DNA from: a virus
DNA: 64,000 nucleotides
Virus record (IMG/VR): IMGVR_UViG_3300048919_000265
Reading direction: 5' to 3' (one strand)
The position numbers and the translations under genes are program-made. Under the pieces are notes generated by a model. The model saw nothing but the letters and a program-made list of their open reading frames with translations, was not told where the DNA came from and ran no database searches. This document shows positions 21,501-29,770 of this stretch, one piece after another; positions within the stretch are counted from its first letter, which is position 1; each line of letters begins with the position of its first letter.

Positions 21501-24500
21501 TCTCTTGTCCATATCATAGTCACTTAAGTTTTGAGATAGTAAACTCACTAACTGTGGTTTCCATATCTCTAAACACAACAAGAATGGCAACCCTATTTGG
21601 GTAGGAAGTCTTTTTGGATTACGAGAAGGAATGATAACTGTACGACCGGAGAAGTTAACCCGCTTCTTCAACATATTCTCGCGAATACGGCCGTGCTTCT
21701 TATCTTGATTCTCACGCTTAGCGAAATACTTGAGAATAGGAGTGTACCCTTTATTCTCCTTAATTTCACTGCCATAAGTCAACCCACATAACTCAACAAT
21801 TCGTAAATAGATACTATAAATACCTACAGGATCTTCTTTACCCAACGCTTTATATTTAGACACTTCGTCTATAATGCGTCTATAATAATAATCAAAGTCC
21901 TGAAAAGTATTCTTAAACATAGCCTGCGGTCTAAAACTTAACGGCATAACAGGAAGACTACTAATAACAAAATCTTGCAAAGTCAAGCCAGCTGCCTCGA
22001 AATCGAGAACACCTCGTAAATATCTTTTATGCTCAAGACGTTTATCATCCTTTTGAGCATTCTCAATTTTCTTTTGGTAGAACTCTTTAATTGGTTCGAA
22101 ACTCGTTCTCTTCAACATATGAACCAAAGCTGGCATTCCTGTCAACTTGCCTTCCGTGCTGCCCCTACGGAATACAAACACCTTATCTTCCTTCACAAAC
22201 TCTTCTTCTATATAATACTTGCACGCAATGAGTTCCTTAAGCATACCCATTTGAGCAACCATTACTTTCACTTTGCCACTTTCGTTCTCTTCCTTACCAA
22301 TCAGTAAAAACCGATGTATCTTACCCTTGGTAATCCACATAGGATGGACAAGCTCTGCATGTAAAGGCATCCAACTCCAGCCTTTACGATTCTTAAACCT
22401 CTCCCTATCATTAGTTGTTATCCCAAAAATATTAGTAGAGCGCAAACTATCTTTATCATTAATATCTACTGATCTACTGTTCATTCCACGAATCATGCTA
22501 TCAGTCAAAGGTTTGAAACTAAACCCTTCCATTTCATCAATAGTAGCTTCTGTACAAAGACTACGCATAATAACCTGGAACAAATCATCATTATGATTTT
22601 CGCCTTCGACGTCAACTTCACTTGGGTTTTCAGCAAAACTTTCTTCGAGAGCCTCGATACTTTCTAAATCATCACTTTGTACACTTTGTAAATCTTGTAA
22701 TATACGTTTGCCTCCAACCGCCATTATACACCATGTCTCATACTCACCGAAGGCTTGACCACCTGCATGACCCGCACCTTTATTAGGCTGATTAAACACA
22801 GGATCAGTCTTCTTACTCAATCCAATACCTCTAATCTTATGATCAACCATATGCTCTAATTTAAGCATATACATAACCACAACATTAATAGGTCTCTTCA
22901 ACCACTGACCTGTTCTACCATCTCTCATTCGTAACGGTTTAGTATTAGTCTTCTCCGCCATATTTCTTACAAACTCTAAGGTGTTTCCTTTATAAGGGGA
23001 AACAATAGCAATTTTTCCTAGCTTTTTCATAGCAAATCCTAAAACCCCTTCTAGGATTTGACTAATGTTAGAGCGAGAAGGAACACCCAAGGGACTGATA
23101 ATAATATCAGGAACTACACCGCTAACTGGATCAAATGGCATATCAGATTTTGGAACAATTTTTGCAACTACGCCTTTATTACCATAGCGACCTGCTAATT
23201 TATCTCCTTCTTCGATAGGTTTCAACACACCCAACATTACAACAGCTTCATTACCCTCAATGTAAGAATATATTACTTCACCCTGAACAGTTCCTTCCAG
23301 TCTCTTAACTGCATCAAAGACTCCTAAAACTGTTGTCTCTTTCTTCGTATACTCATTCTTTATTCTCCGAATGCCTAGTACTACATCCCCAGGTTTAAGG
23401 ATACTACCTTCTTTTGGCAAACCTTCATCCGTCATGTGTGGTAGAATTGATTTACCCTTGAAACCAAACTCTTCAAAAGATTTAGTCCCTTTGTCTTCAT
23501 CAATCACAGGTTCTGCCAGTTTATACGAAAATCTGTGCAGTTCTACAGTAGTCAGACCATCAGTACCTACTAACTCGCTACTTAATAAAATAGCATCATC
23601 AATAGTAGAACTTTCATAAGTTTTGTAGCCCACAACCAAATTTCTAGCAATGGCAATGCCACTATTAAACACTTTCGGGTCCACATTCATATTGCCGAAA
23701 TCAGTATGATGGAAAATGTCGTAGCTCCGTGTGTCTATATCGCTACTATGCGTAACAATATCATCACCGGAGTATTTTACACCATTACTTGTATTAACCT
23801 GGTACGAAAACATAACACCACTCGACGCCTTTTGAATAAAGGGCACATTCACAACAGGTGTATGATTAGGTACACCCTCAATGCGGAAATATAAATCTCT
23901 GCTTCCGTTATTAATATCAATATTAGTAAGCTCTATTTCTTTAGTAAGAAAGTCTTCTCTACTTATACCAGAGAGCAATTCAGTATTACTATCGTAATAC
24001 TCCACCAATATCTCAGACGCTCTGATAAACCCTTCCTGTAATAAACTATCACCACCAGAGCTGACAAGAGGTCTCTCGTTCCTTATTGGCACAGCGGTTT
24101 GTTTGTGATGATTACTACCCATCAGCAAACGTTTTGGATTACTATGTTCCTGAAACGGAATTTGCATTCTTGCAGGAGACATTGTTTGATAAGGAGAATA
24201 CTCCATATACAAAACATCTTTAACCGGAACCTCTAACATTGTATCATTATACAACACCAAAACCTTATCTTTCAATACCTCGGTACCATCTTCTAATTTC
24301 TCAAAAAAAGTCTCTCTCCACTCAGCAATATACTGATCCTCTTTTTCTGCAGCAGTAAGATAGACTGGTTCCTTGCTAACGACTCTTCCGTTTTTAACTT
24401 TAATATACGGGGCTTGCAAAAATCCATAGCTATCTGTTTTTGCTAACCAAGTCTTGGCGTGCACAGTACCAATCTTGCTACTCTCAGGACTTTCAATTGG

Positions 24501-26012
24501 ATCAAGCAAACCAAATTGACCTTCTCTAACACTAGTCATCTCAACCGAACTACGTTTAACTTGCTTAGTAACTCGATGTTCTTTAGCCTTTTTCTGAATA
24601 GTGTTATTCAGCTCAGATTGCTGACTCTCCACTGATTCTACGCTTGTAATCTTGTCCATCAAGCTATTAGTATCGAATCCGTGCAGCTCTATAACTCGCT
24701 TCAACAAATCTGAATCTTCTGAACTTTCCTCTACATACTTGGCTATATAATAATTAACAACTTTGCAACTAGATCTTATTGCATTAAGTGCTGTGATTTC
24801 TATAGTCACCAAATTCTGATTAGTCAATTCATAAACGTTATCATAATTATCCAACCCGCTTAACGTGTCAATGAAAACTTGAATCATACCCAAGATATCA
24901 AAAACCTCTAAGTTACCGCTATAAAGTTTGCGATAACATGTATAAGTTTTTCCTTCATTGGAAACTAAGATATTATCCACTAAACTTTGATCAAGCTGTT
25001 TTAGAACTTCTACGGTTAGAACAGTGCCCTTCGAAACAATACTATTACCAACACGTACATCTTCCTCCAACACACACCCTAATGCTCTAAAATTGAAGAT
25101 AGATGTCTTACGAACAATATAGACTTTCTTATTACTATCATAAACTTTTAAAAAGTCAACTGAACAATAATCCAACTCTTCTAACGTCCGAGGATCTAAA
25201 ACCATGCCTTCCCTGTAAATCTTTTCACCTACGGTAAGAGTCTCGCCTAAAAACAAATTTCTGCAACGCTCTTTAAAACTCAACGTGTTTTTCATACGAA
25301 CACCCGCGATATCCCCTAAAACCATTAGGTGAGGGCTGAAAAGACTCTGCTTAGCTAACTCAAACTTATCTTGAATACTCATGTTTTTCAATTCTACATC
25401 TCGTCGATTATTCTTAAACCCTTCGAAAAAGTTGGTGATCACTTGATCAACACAATCTGATTTTAAAGGTTCCCTTTGAGAAAAAGAATGTATAACGTAA
25501 ATACTATCAGTACCCAGTTTGTTAGCTAATTCTGCATAACTCAAACCCGTAAAGGCTTTCAGGAAAACAGCAAGCGGTATTTCACAATCCCCAACCTTAT
25601 TACTTGTTGTAATATACAACTTATAGTCCTTCTCATAAATAAGAAGATTTTTACCTAACTCTGACTTCATCTGTAAATGCGGAATCTTCACCTTACTGGC
25701 ACTCTTCAAAACATACCAACCATAAGACAGAGTATAGATATCTATAACTTGTCTATTTTTTCCATTAATAATAAAACCAGTTTCACCATAGTGAGGTAAT
25801 TTTAAAAGATCCATCGGAAAAATAATTTGTTCACCCGTAGTCTTAACCTTCACATCAACATTAGCCTTAACCATTACCAACCGACTACCGTTTTCTTCAT
25901 AAACACTCTTGTTGTTTATAGGATACATCGAATACTTAACACTATGTGTATCCGTATCGACAGACATATCTTGCAACAAATTCTGTACTTTACTATACTC
26001 AACCTTTCCCAA
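18564..26012 (-). CDS. rpoBC: DNA-directed RNA polymerase, fused beta-beta' single polypeptide (2482 aa)
   Basis: beta motifs: GFIINGKNR, DPIESPES, RLLMGSN..Q..VP, GDKLAGRYGNKGVV, KLEHMVDHK, GGQAFGEYE, SDD. beta' motifs: KRVNFSGRTVI, RQPSLH, NADYDGDQM, SGARG, SGELTR, CxxxxGVCAHCYG, AQSIGEPAAQL. One uninterrupted frame; TTG start with SD GGAGG. Confidence 0.97.
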   Translation of the reverse strand: MGKVEYSKVQNLLQDMSVDTDTHSVKYSMYPINNKSVYEENGSRLVMVKANVDVKVKTTGEQIIFPMDLLKLPHYGETGFIINGKNRQVIDIYTLSYGWYVLKSASKVKIPHLQMKSELGKNLLIYEKDYKLYITTSNKVGDCEIPLAVFLKAFTGLSYAELANKLGTDSIYVIHSFSQREPLKSDCVDQVITNFFEGFKNNRRDVELKNMSIQDKFELAKQSLFSPHLMVLGDIAGVRMKNTLSFKERCRNLFLGETLTVGEKIYREGMVLDPRTLEELDYCSVDFLKVYDSNKKVYIVRKTSIFNFRALGCVLEEDVRVGNSIVSKGTVLTVEVLKQLDQSLVDNILVSNEGKTYTCYRKLYSGNLEVFDILGMIQVFIDTLSGLDNYDNVYELTNQNLVTIEITALNAIRSSCKVVNYYIAKYVEESSEDSDLLKRVIELHGFDTNSLMDKITSVESVESQQSELNNTIQKKAKEHRVTKQVKRSSVEMTSVREGQFGLLDPIESPESSKIGTVHAKTWLAKTDSYGFLQAPYIKVKNGRVVSKEPVYLTAAEKEDQYIAEWRETFFEKLEDGTEVLKDKVLVLYNDTMLEVPVKDVLYMEYSPYQTMSPARMQIPFQEHSNPKRLLMGSNHHKQTAVPIRNERPLVSSGGDSLLQEGFIRASEILVEYYDSNTELLSGISREDFLTKEIELTNIDINNGSRDLYFRIEGVPNHTPVVNVPFIQKASSGVMFSYQVNTSNGVKYSGDDIVTHSSDIDTRSYDIFHHTDFGNMNVDPKVFNSGIAIARNLVVGYKTYESSTIDDAILLSSELVGTDGLTTVELHRFSYKLAEPVIDEDKGTKSFEEFGFKGKSILPHMTDEGLPKEGSILKPGDVVLGIRRIKNEYTKKETTVLGVFDAVKRLEGTVQGEVIYSYIEGNEAVVMLGVLKPIEEGDKLAGRYGNKGVVAKIVPKSDMPFDPVSGVVPDIIISPLGVPSRSNISQILEGVLGFAMKKLGKIAIVSPYKGNTLEFVRNMAEKTNTKPLRMRDGRTGQWLKRPINVVVMYMLKLEHMVDHKIRGIGLSKKTDPVFNQPNKGAGHAGGQAFGEYETWCIMAVGGKRILQDLQSVQSDDLESIEALEESFAENPSEVDVEGENHNDDLFQVIMRSLCTEATIDEMEGFSFKPLTDSMIRGMNSRSVDINDKDSLRSTNIFGITTNDRERFKNRKGWSWMPLHAELVHPMWITKGKIHRFLLIGKEENESGKVKVMVAQMGMLKELIACKYYIEEEFVKEDKVFVFRRGSTEGKLTGMPALVHMLKRTSFEPIKEFYQKKIENAQKDDKRLEHKRYLRGVLDFEAAGLTLQDFVISSLPVMPLSFRPQAMFKNTFQDFDYYYRRIIDEVSKYKALGKEDPVGIYSIYLRIVELCGLTYGSEIKENKGYTPILKYFAKRENQDKKHGRIRENMLKKRVNFSGRTVIIPSRNPKRLPTQIGLPFLLCLEIWKPQLVSLLSQNLSDYDMDKREWEHVLEVMGSNMAAFRSKVGKVMINKGLSAIEIYDKIYGVISAYIEGYKNPNSDEWVIKPRVVLAGRQPSLHKFNIRAYTPIITNKKCIELHPLVAKGYNADYDGDQMWIIGLVNNAACEEAMEKLSPKYGVINPKDNSVVLDHSQDMKLGVYFATMLHNNVDSITKDSRYSLSNLRFYTDLGQLETDIDLDFLALHDLVCYSTNGRRYLSTAGRVLFNGLLVSGLGFTDEPYTNVLGIEGINANNYCDLRFDGLVSGNGGSRKEPVYVALSDVTSWSYNDLNADENLQVFQAISEFGFKYSDISGISLYLEDFVEDPTMHAKIAKAKQYAEIVNRDYYQGLLSNEVRKNLLIEIYNGCKDNIAKTFVASFDRNNNIFIMFDSGARGTEGQIMQACGVIGILQKSKNETLEVPVLSNYAKGTSSFDTLLLSFSTRTGVASTQNETAISGELTRTAVYMSSGLRIVEHDCGVEFEDFKLRYGKFTDKIIGPSGELVASKALFGKHLDTSDNANNKLLLNFLGLDLEINEKCVNLLIKNKVKRIKTTDGEFKLYYELDSLMKSLLLRRKTEALPSLLQGHYISPATIKYIEQENLDSISLRTILSCRSIGGVCAHCYGMRYDVNKLPEIDDLVGIESAQSIGEPAAQLVLSLFHQGGVAGASINKGVDVLKNLLDSGKPRGLTGAVLPPKSGYVHYTSGDGNVRLVADDGEELMLQTANELIVESGEYVEETSPLTTGFIIPSELENSPSLQVLRFKQMALLELYFRTFELSKIKVNARHFEIFVKLQTSLGIVLDSDDENFKEGRTYELNDILQNSNGSVKYMFDINGSSPVIIHFSGMETEMAREKLADSLGLFVTQQTRSPGKSAIGSLFYGQDVTGSRTKILSLPKKMKVTKNEVYEEHNNLRELEGTIASSLVQVQETQNIVLDDSLMDLDALLSFDDIKPVNKESVDYITLEETKEEETVNSEDKKMDKMKLF

Positions 26013-26023
26013 ATCACAACCTC

Positions 26024-26260
26024 CTAACTTTCCAGTAGTCCCGTGATCTCCAGTAAATGTTGCACTGTATCCTCTCCCAAAATACTTTGCATCACTTCCA
26101 ACAACATACCATAATTTTCTTTATCAGATTCTCGAGCGCTATCATTACGTACATAGAATTTAAACATCCCCAAATACACAGACCACCTAAGTTCCAATGG
26201 TTCCCTACCGTTCCTAATGGAAACACAGGAATAAATAATAGCTTGTCTATCAGGCTTCAA
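26024..26260 (-). CDS. hypothetical protein (frame open upstream to about 26308, possible ATC start)
   Basis: ORF directly upstream of the RNAP; the SD AAGGAG sits 7 nt before an in-frame ATC at 26308. Confidence 0.6.
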   Translation of the reverse strand: MKPDRQAIIYSCVSIRNGREPLELRWSVYLGMFKFYVRNDSARESDKENYGMLLEVMQSILGEDTVQHLLEITGLLES

Positions 26261-26291
26261 TGGGTCAGTCTTATTATACAGTTCAACAACA

Positions 26292-26576
26292 TCAGAGTCT
26301 ATGATGATAACCCATCTCCTTTCTAACCGGTACCTCTGGCAATCCTACCTTAAAATTCCTCTTCTCATAAGTCAGACCAGGCTCGATTTCATTCCCTAGT
26401 CTATCAATAAGAAGCACTTCTACATCTAATTGTTCTAACAATGCTAATCGTATATCCTTGTCTCGAGATAGTGATACATAGTCCTCGTCTTTAACATAAA
26501 AAATTTGAGTGGCTGGATCTACCTCTGTATCTACCAGTGTTGCAGATACTCTCGTTAGCTTTAACATTATCCTCAC
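26292..26576 (-). CDS. hypothetical protein (about 91-94 aa)
   Basis: SD-like GGGGTGAGG before ATG (MLKLTRV). Confidence 0.7.
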   Translation of the reverse strand: MRIMLKLTRVSATLVDTEVDPATQIFYVKDEDYVSLSRDKDIRLALLEQLDVEVLLIDRLGNEIEPGLTYEKRNFKVGLPEVPVRKEMGYHHRL

Positions 26577-26581
26577 CCCTC

Positions 26582-26818
26582 TTAAAACATATTCATACCA
26601 GTAACCTTAGCTCCGCTTTTCTCAACATTTTCCTTAGTTCTATTTACTGGTTGATTGTTGTTAGAATCCTGCCCACTCCCACGAGCTTCACCCTCATATA
26701 AATTAAAGAGCTTAATTTCTCTGTTTTTAATATTCACCGTTTTCACTAAACGAGCTTCGATTTCTGTATGATCGTCCTCGATTAAACGTCCTTCACTTCC
26801 TGCTATTCTAATAATCAT
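26582..26818 (-). CDS. hypothetical protein (78 aa) ending GMNMF
   Basis: Start revised to ATG 26818 (SD GGGAG, ATGA overlap with the upstream stop); the track starts at 26920. Confidence 0.7.
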   Translation of the reverse strand: MIIRIAGSEGRLIEDDHTEIEARLVKTVNIKNREIKLFNLYEGEARGSGQDSNNNQPVNRTKENVEKSGAKVTGMNMF

Positions 26819-27945
26819 TGATATTTCTCCCTTCCCATCTGTCGATAATCGAGGTATTCCGTAGTAGATATGATACCAAACTCTTGTAGAGTTTCTAAAT
26901 TTTCCATTAAAGAAGTCCACAGCTTTTGCTTTACTTCTATTGAGTGATCAAATCTATTAAGATCAACTTCTAATTTCCTAGTAATCATCTGATACACTAG
27001 GAAATCGTTCCTTAGTGTACCATAGAACTCTCTAGCAAATTCCATCGCTTTCATGATTTGTTTCTCTGTATAAACTAAGCACTCACCTAATGATATTCCT
27101 TTAGATATGCACCAATAATATCGTATAATTGGATCAAATGCTCTAGTTTTAGCAATTTCCATAGGATAATACGTATATTCTGCCAAAGCCGAATTATACT
27201 TCGCATATGTGGCCCTATTAATTTGCCCATTGTTGAACATTTCTAATAAGGCTGCATGCGCAGACTTGGCTTTATCTTCGAATTCATAACGATTAGTTAA
27301 AAACAAAAACATTAAATTAATGCCGATTGCCTCAATATCCAGATTTACTTCACTAACCTCATCAACGATAGCCATCTTCTTGAAATCTCGAGCAGGTAAT
27401 GATCTTTCTACTTTCAACTTGTAAATCATACCCGCTTTTAAAACTTCCGCTATAGATACCATATGGACCCTGCTAGTTATCTCTCTAACCATACTCATAA
27501 CAGCGTTTGTACGAAGCGCATCAAGATTTCTCCAAAGCTCTTCATTTGGATCTCGCATCCCCTCTAGCACCTTGGACGCAAGCTCTTTTAAATATTTTAT
27601 AATATGTGGATTATTATACCGGTGTCTGCCTAAATCAACCCACTTATTAAACTCTGCACAAGTATGGCGTGCTAGTAACAGCGACCTCATTTCTTCTTTA
27701 TTAAAATGAATATTATAAAACCCTTTTTTCTTTATGGTGTCAAAACGAATCAAAGAGCTGCTAATCTTTTCTTCTAGTTGACCGCTTTTTATGGCCATCA
27801 TCCGATCCACATAATGCATATACTTATTATGGGAAATCTCCTGATTGTCCCGGGCAACTGCCAATTGATACAAAACATAGTCATAATCCGCTTTAAATTC
27901 TGGATTATATCTACTCATAATGAGATATTTATCAATATCTATCAT
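26815..27945 (-). CDS. hypothetical helical protein (376 aa)
   Basis: SD GGAGGGG; long ORF. Confidence 0.8.
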   Translation of the reverse strand: MIDIDKYLIMSRYNPEFKADYDYVLYQLAVARDNQEISHNKYMHYVDRMMAIKSGQLEEKISSSLIRFDTIKKKGFYNIHFNKEEMRSLLLARHTCAEFNKWVDLGRHRYNNPHIIKYLKELASKVLEGMRDPNEELWRNLDALRTNAVMSMVREITSRVHMVSIAEVLKAGMIYKLKVERSLPARDFKKMAIVDEVSEVNLDIEAIGINLMFLFLTNRYEFEDKAKSAHAALLEMFNNGQINRATYAKYNSALAEYTYYPMEIAKTRAFDPIIRYYWCISKGISLGECLVYTEKQIMKAMEFAREFYGTLRNDFLVYQMITRKLEVDLNRFDHSIEVKQKLWTSLMENLETLQEFGIISTTEYLDYRQMGREKYQ

Positions 27946-27962
27946 ACTTACCCCTCCAAGTC

Positions 27963-29204
27963 TTATTCCAAGGAGAGTTTCTTCAATCTAGCTCCTCGGA
28001 TTATACTATTTATTGCACCACTATTACGTTCAAATACAGCAACTTGACCAGGTCGGAGGTCCTCTGTTATAATTATGTCTGGATTAAATCCGTTCAACAT
28101 TCTTGCTTCTGTCCGATCCTTCGCTAGTAGCGGCTCTAGTTGCAATCTAACTGACGCTTCTACTCTCTGCTGCTCTACCAATATTCCCTTGATTGTAGCA
28201 TAGTAGTAATTAAACGACCAGTACTCCATTTTCAAAGCCACATTCCTATTAGAATATTGATTAGATATAACTTCACTGTACGTCATGTCGTCAACATCAA
28301 CAACTATCCCATCTGACGGTATTCCATTCGACATATTGAACATCATATCAAATTTTTCCTTCAACCACTCTACAAATTTATCATATATAATAGGAACTTC
28401 GCCTCTTGCTATCTTTATATATGGGACCGTATTAAATCCGCTAGTCTGCAGAACGTCTAAAGTCTCGCTTAACTTTGTGCTCAAGCCTTCCGCTGTAAAT
28501 GCCAAGCTCTTTAGATGCTTGTAATCCTCGGCATCATGCTTGACACGTAACATAGAAATAGCACTACTCTTCTCTGTTTTATAAGCCGCAGGATCATACT
28601 TTTGTCTCAGATATGGTAAAGTATCACTTTCCACATAACTTTCGGAGTAAATTTTCACTTCAGAAGGAAAACCCTTAAAATATCTAGGGACAATATTCAA
28701 AATCGTATCTGTAAAATCATAACCTTTACCCCGTCTTCCGCGAGAAAGTGTTAATTTTAACTCAGATAAACCACCTTCTGTTTCCAGCACAAGACTCTTA
28801 TTATTAATACCGTCAACCTTCAGCGACATAATAAGATCCTGATCACTAAGTCGCATGAAATAAGAGTATGCATCTTCATATTCTGTAATAGCCTCAATAC
28901 TTAAAGACTTCTCCTCATCCAAATAAGGTATATACTCTGAGCGACTCTCATTAGGTGCGGGAGCGTACTTTCCCAAATCAAATTCCTGCAACACTTCAAC
29001 AGGAACTGGATCATCGTCATAGGTTCTATTCAGAAATTCAGAAATACCTGGTAACGCTTCCCGATTATCTTTACAATAATCTTCTAACTTCCCATAAAAA
29101 GTGTCATTAACTATTGGTTGACCTATTCTGTACATATACCTGGTCAAGGCAAAAGCATCCACAACCCGTTTGTCTTTTAAAAGGTCCTGCAAAATATCTA
29201 ACAT
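27963..29204 (-). CDS. ligA: NAD-dependent DNA ligase N-terminal half (domain Ia, adenylation domain, OB fold)
   Basis: Domain Ia YMYRIGQPIVND..Y; motif I SLKVDG; SRGRRGKGYDFT; motif IV SDGIVVDVD; motif V VALK; OB-fold LEP...DLRPGQVAVFERNSGAI, then stop. Start revised to ATG 29204 (track 29240). Confidence 0.88.
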   Translation of the reverse strand: MLDILQDLLKDKRVVDAFALTRYMYRIGQPIVNDTFYGKLEDYCKDNREALPGISEFLNRTYDDDPVPVEVLQEFDLGKYAPAPNESRSEYIPYLDEEKSLSIEAITEYEDAYSYFMRLSDQDLIMSLKVDGINNKSLVLETEGGLSELKLTLSRGRRGKGYDFTDTILNIVPRYFKGFPSEVKIYSESYVESDTLPYLRQKYDPAAYKTEKSSAISMLRVKHDAEDYKHLKSLAFTAEGLSTKLSETLDVLQTSGFNTVPYIKIARGEVPIIYDKFVEWLKEKFDMMFNMSNGIPSDGIVVDVDDMTYSEVISNQYSNRNVALKMEYWSFNYYYATIKGILVEQQRVEASVRLQLEPLLAKDRTEARMLNGFNPDIIITEDLRPGQVAVFERNSGAINSIIRGARLKKLSLE

Positions 29205-29217
29205 AACCTTGCCACCT

Positions 29218-29763
29218 TTACTGATATTTATAACTTCCAACTAAAATAAACTTATCCAAATCAGCATAATCTACCCTAAATCCGTTCCGGTAGTATCCAT
29301 TAATATAAGTTAGTGCTTCCCCTACAATTATCTTGTTGCCTTCGACCGTGCCACAAGACCTAATAACTTGTTTTCCTTCCGGTGTTACTAAGAAATCTAT
29401 ATCATAATTCCCAAGAGGTACGCTTTCTACCCAAAATATCGTGTCTTCATATCCTGTAACAGATTTATAAATCTCCTTGGCTGCTAATGCCCCTAACTTC
29501 CTACTAAAGAACCACATCCAAGATATTAATTCCATTTCAGTATGCTTTCTCAAATTGAGAAACTCAAATATAAATTTGAAGTCTTCTACTTTTAAGTTAG
29601 GATTATACATATTATCTAGAGCAACTTTTCTCATAATTTGAAATTGTTTACTAGTAAGCAATTTTAATCTTAGTGCTTTAGATATTTGTGCTTCCACCTC
29701 ACGGTCAATTGCTTTCTTCTTTACTACAAAATCAGTTAGGTATTCAACACCCAAGCATAACAC
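29218..29763 (-). CDS. hypothetical protein (181 aa)
   Basis: ORF in operon; SD GAGGTG. Confidence 0.75.
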   Translation of the reverse strand: MLCLGVEYLTDFVVKKKAIDREVEAQISKALRLKLLTSKQFQIMRKVALDNMYNPNLKVEDFKFIFEFLNLRKHTEMELISWMWFFSRKLGALAAKEIYKSVTGYEDTIFWVESVPLGNYDIDFLVTPEGKQVIRSCGTVEGNKIIVGEALTYINGYYRNGFRVDYADLDKFILVGSYKYQ

Positions 29764-29770
29764 CTCTCTT

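Noticed and set aside
18564-26012. Host chromosomal rpoB-rpoC locus, or inteins in the RNAP/PolA
   Set aside because: No rplK/rplA/rplL/rpsL neighbourhood and strong divergence at conserved sites. No intein junctions or LAGLIDADG motifs were seen, and lengths fit intein-free proteins.
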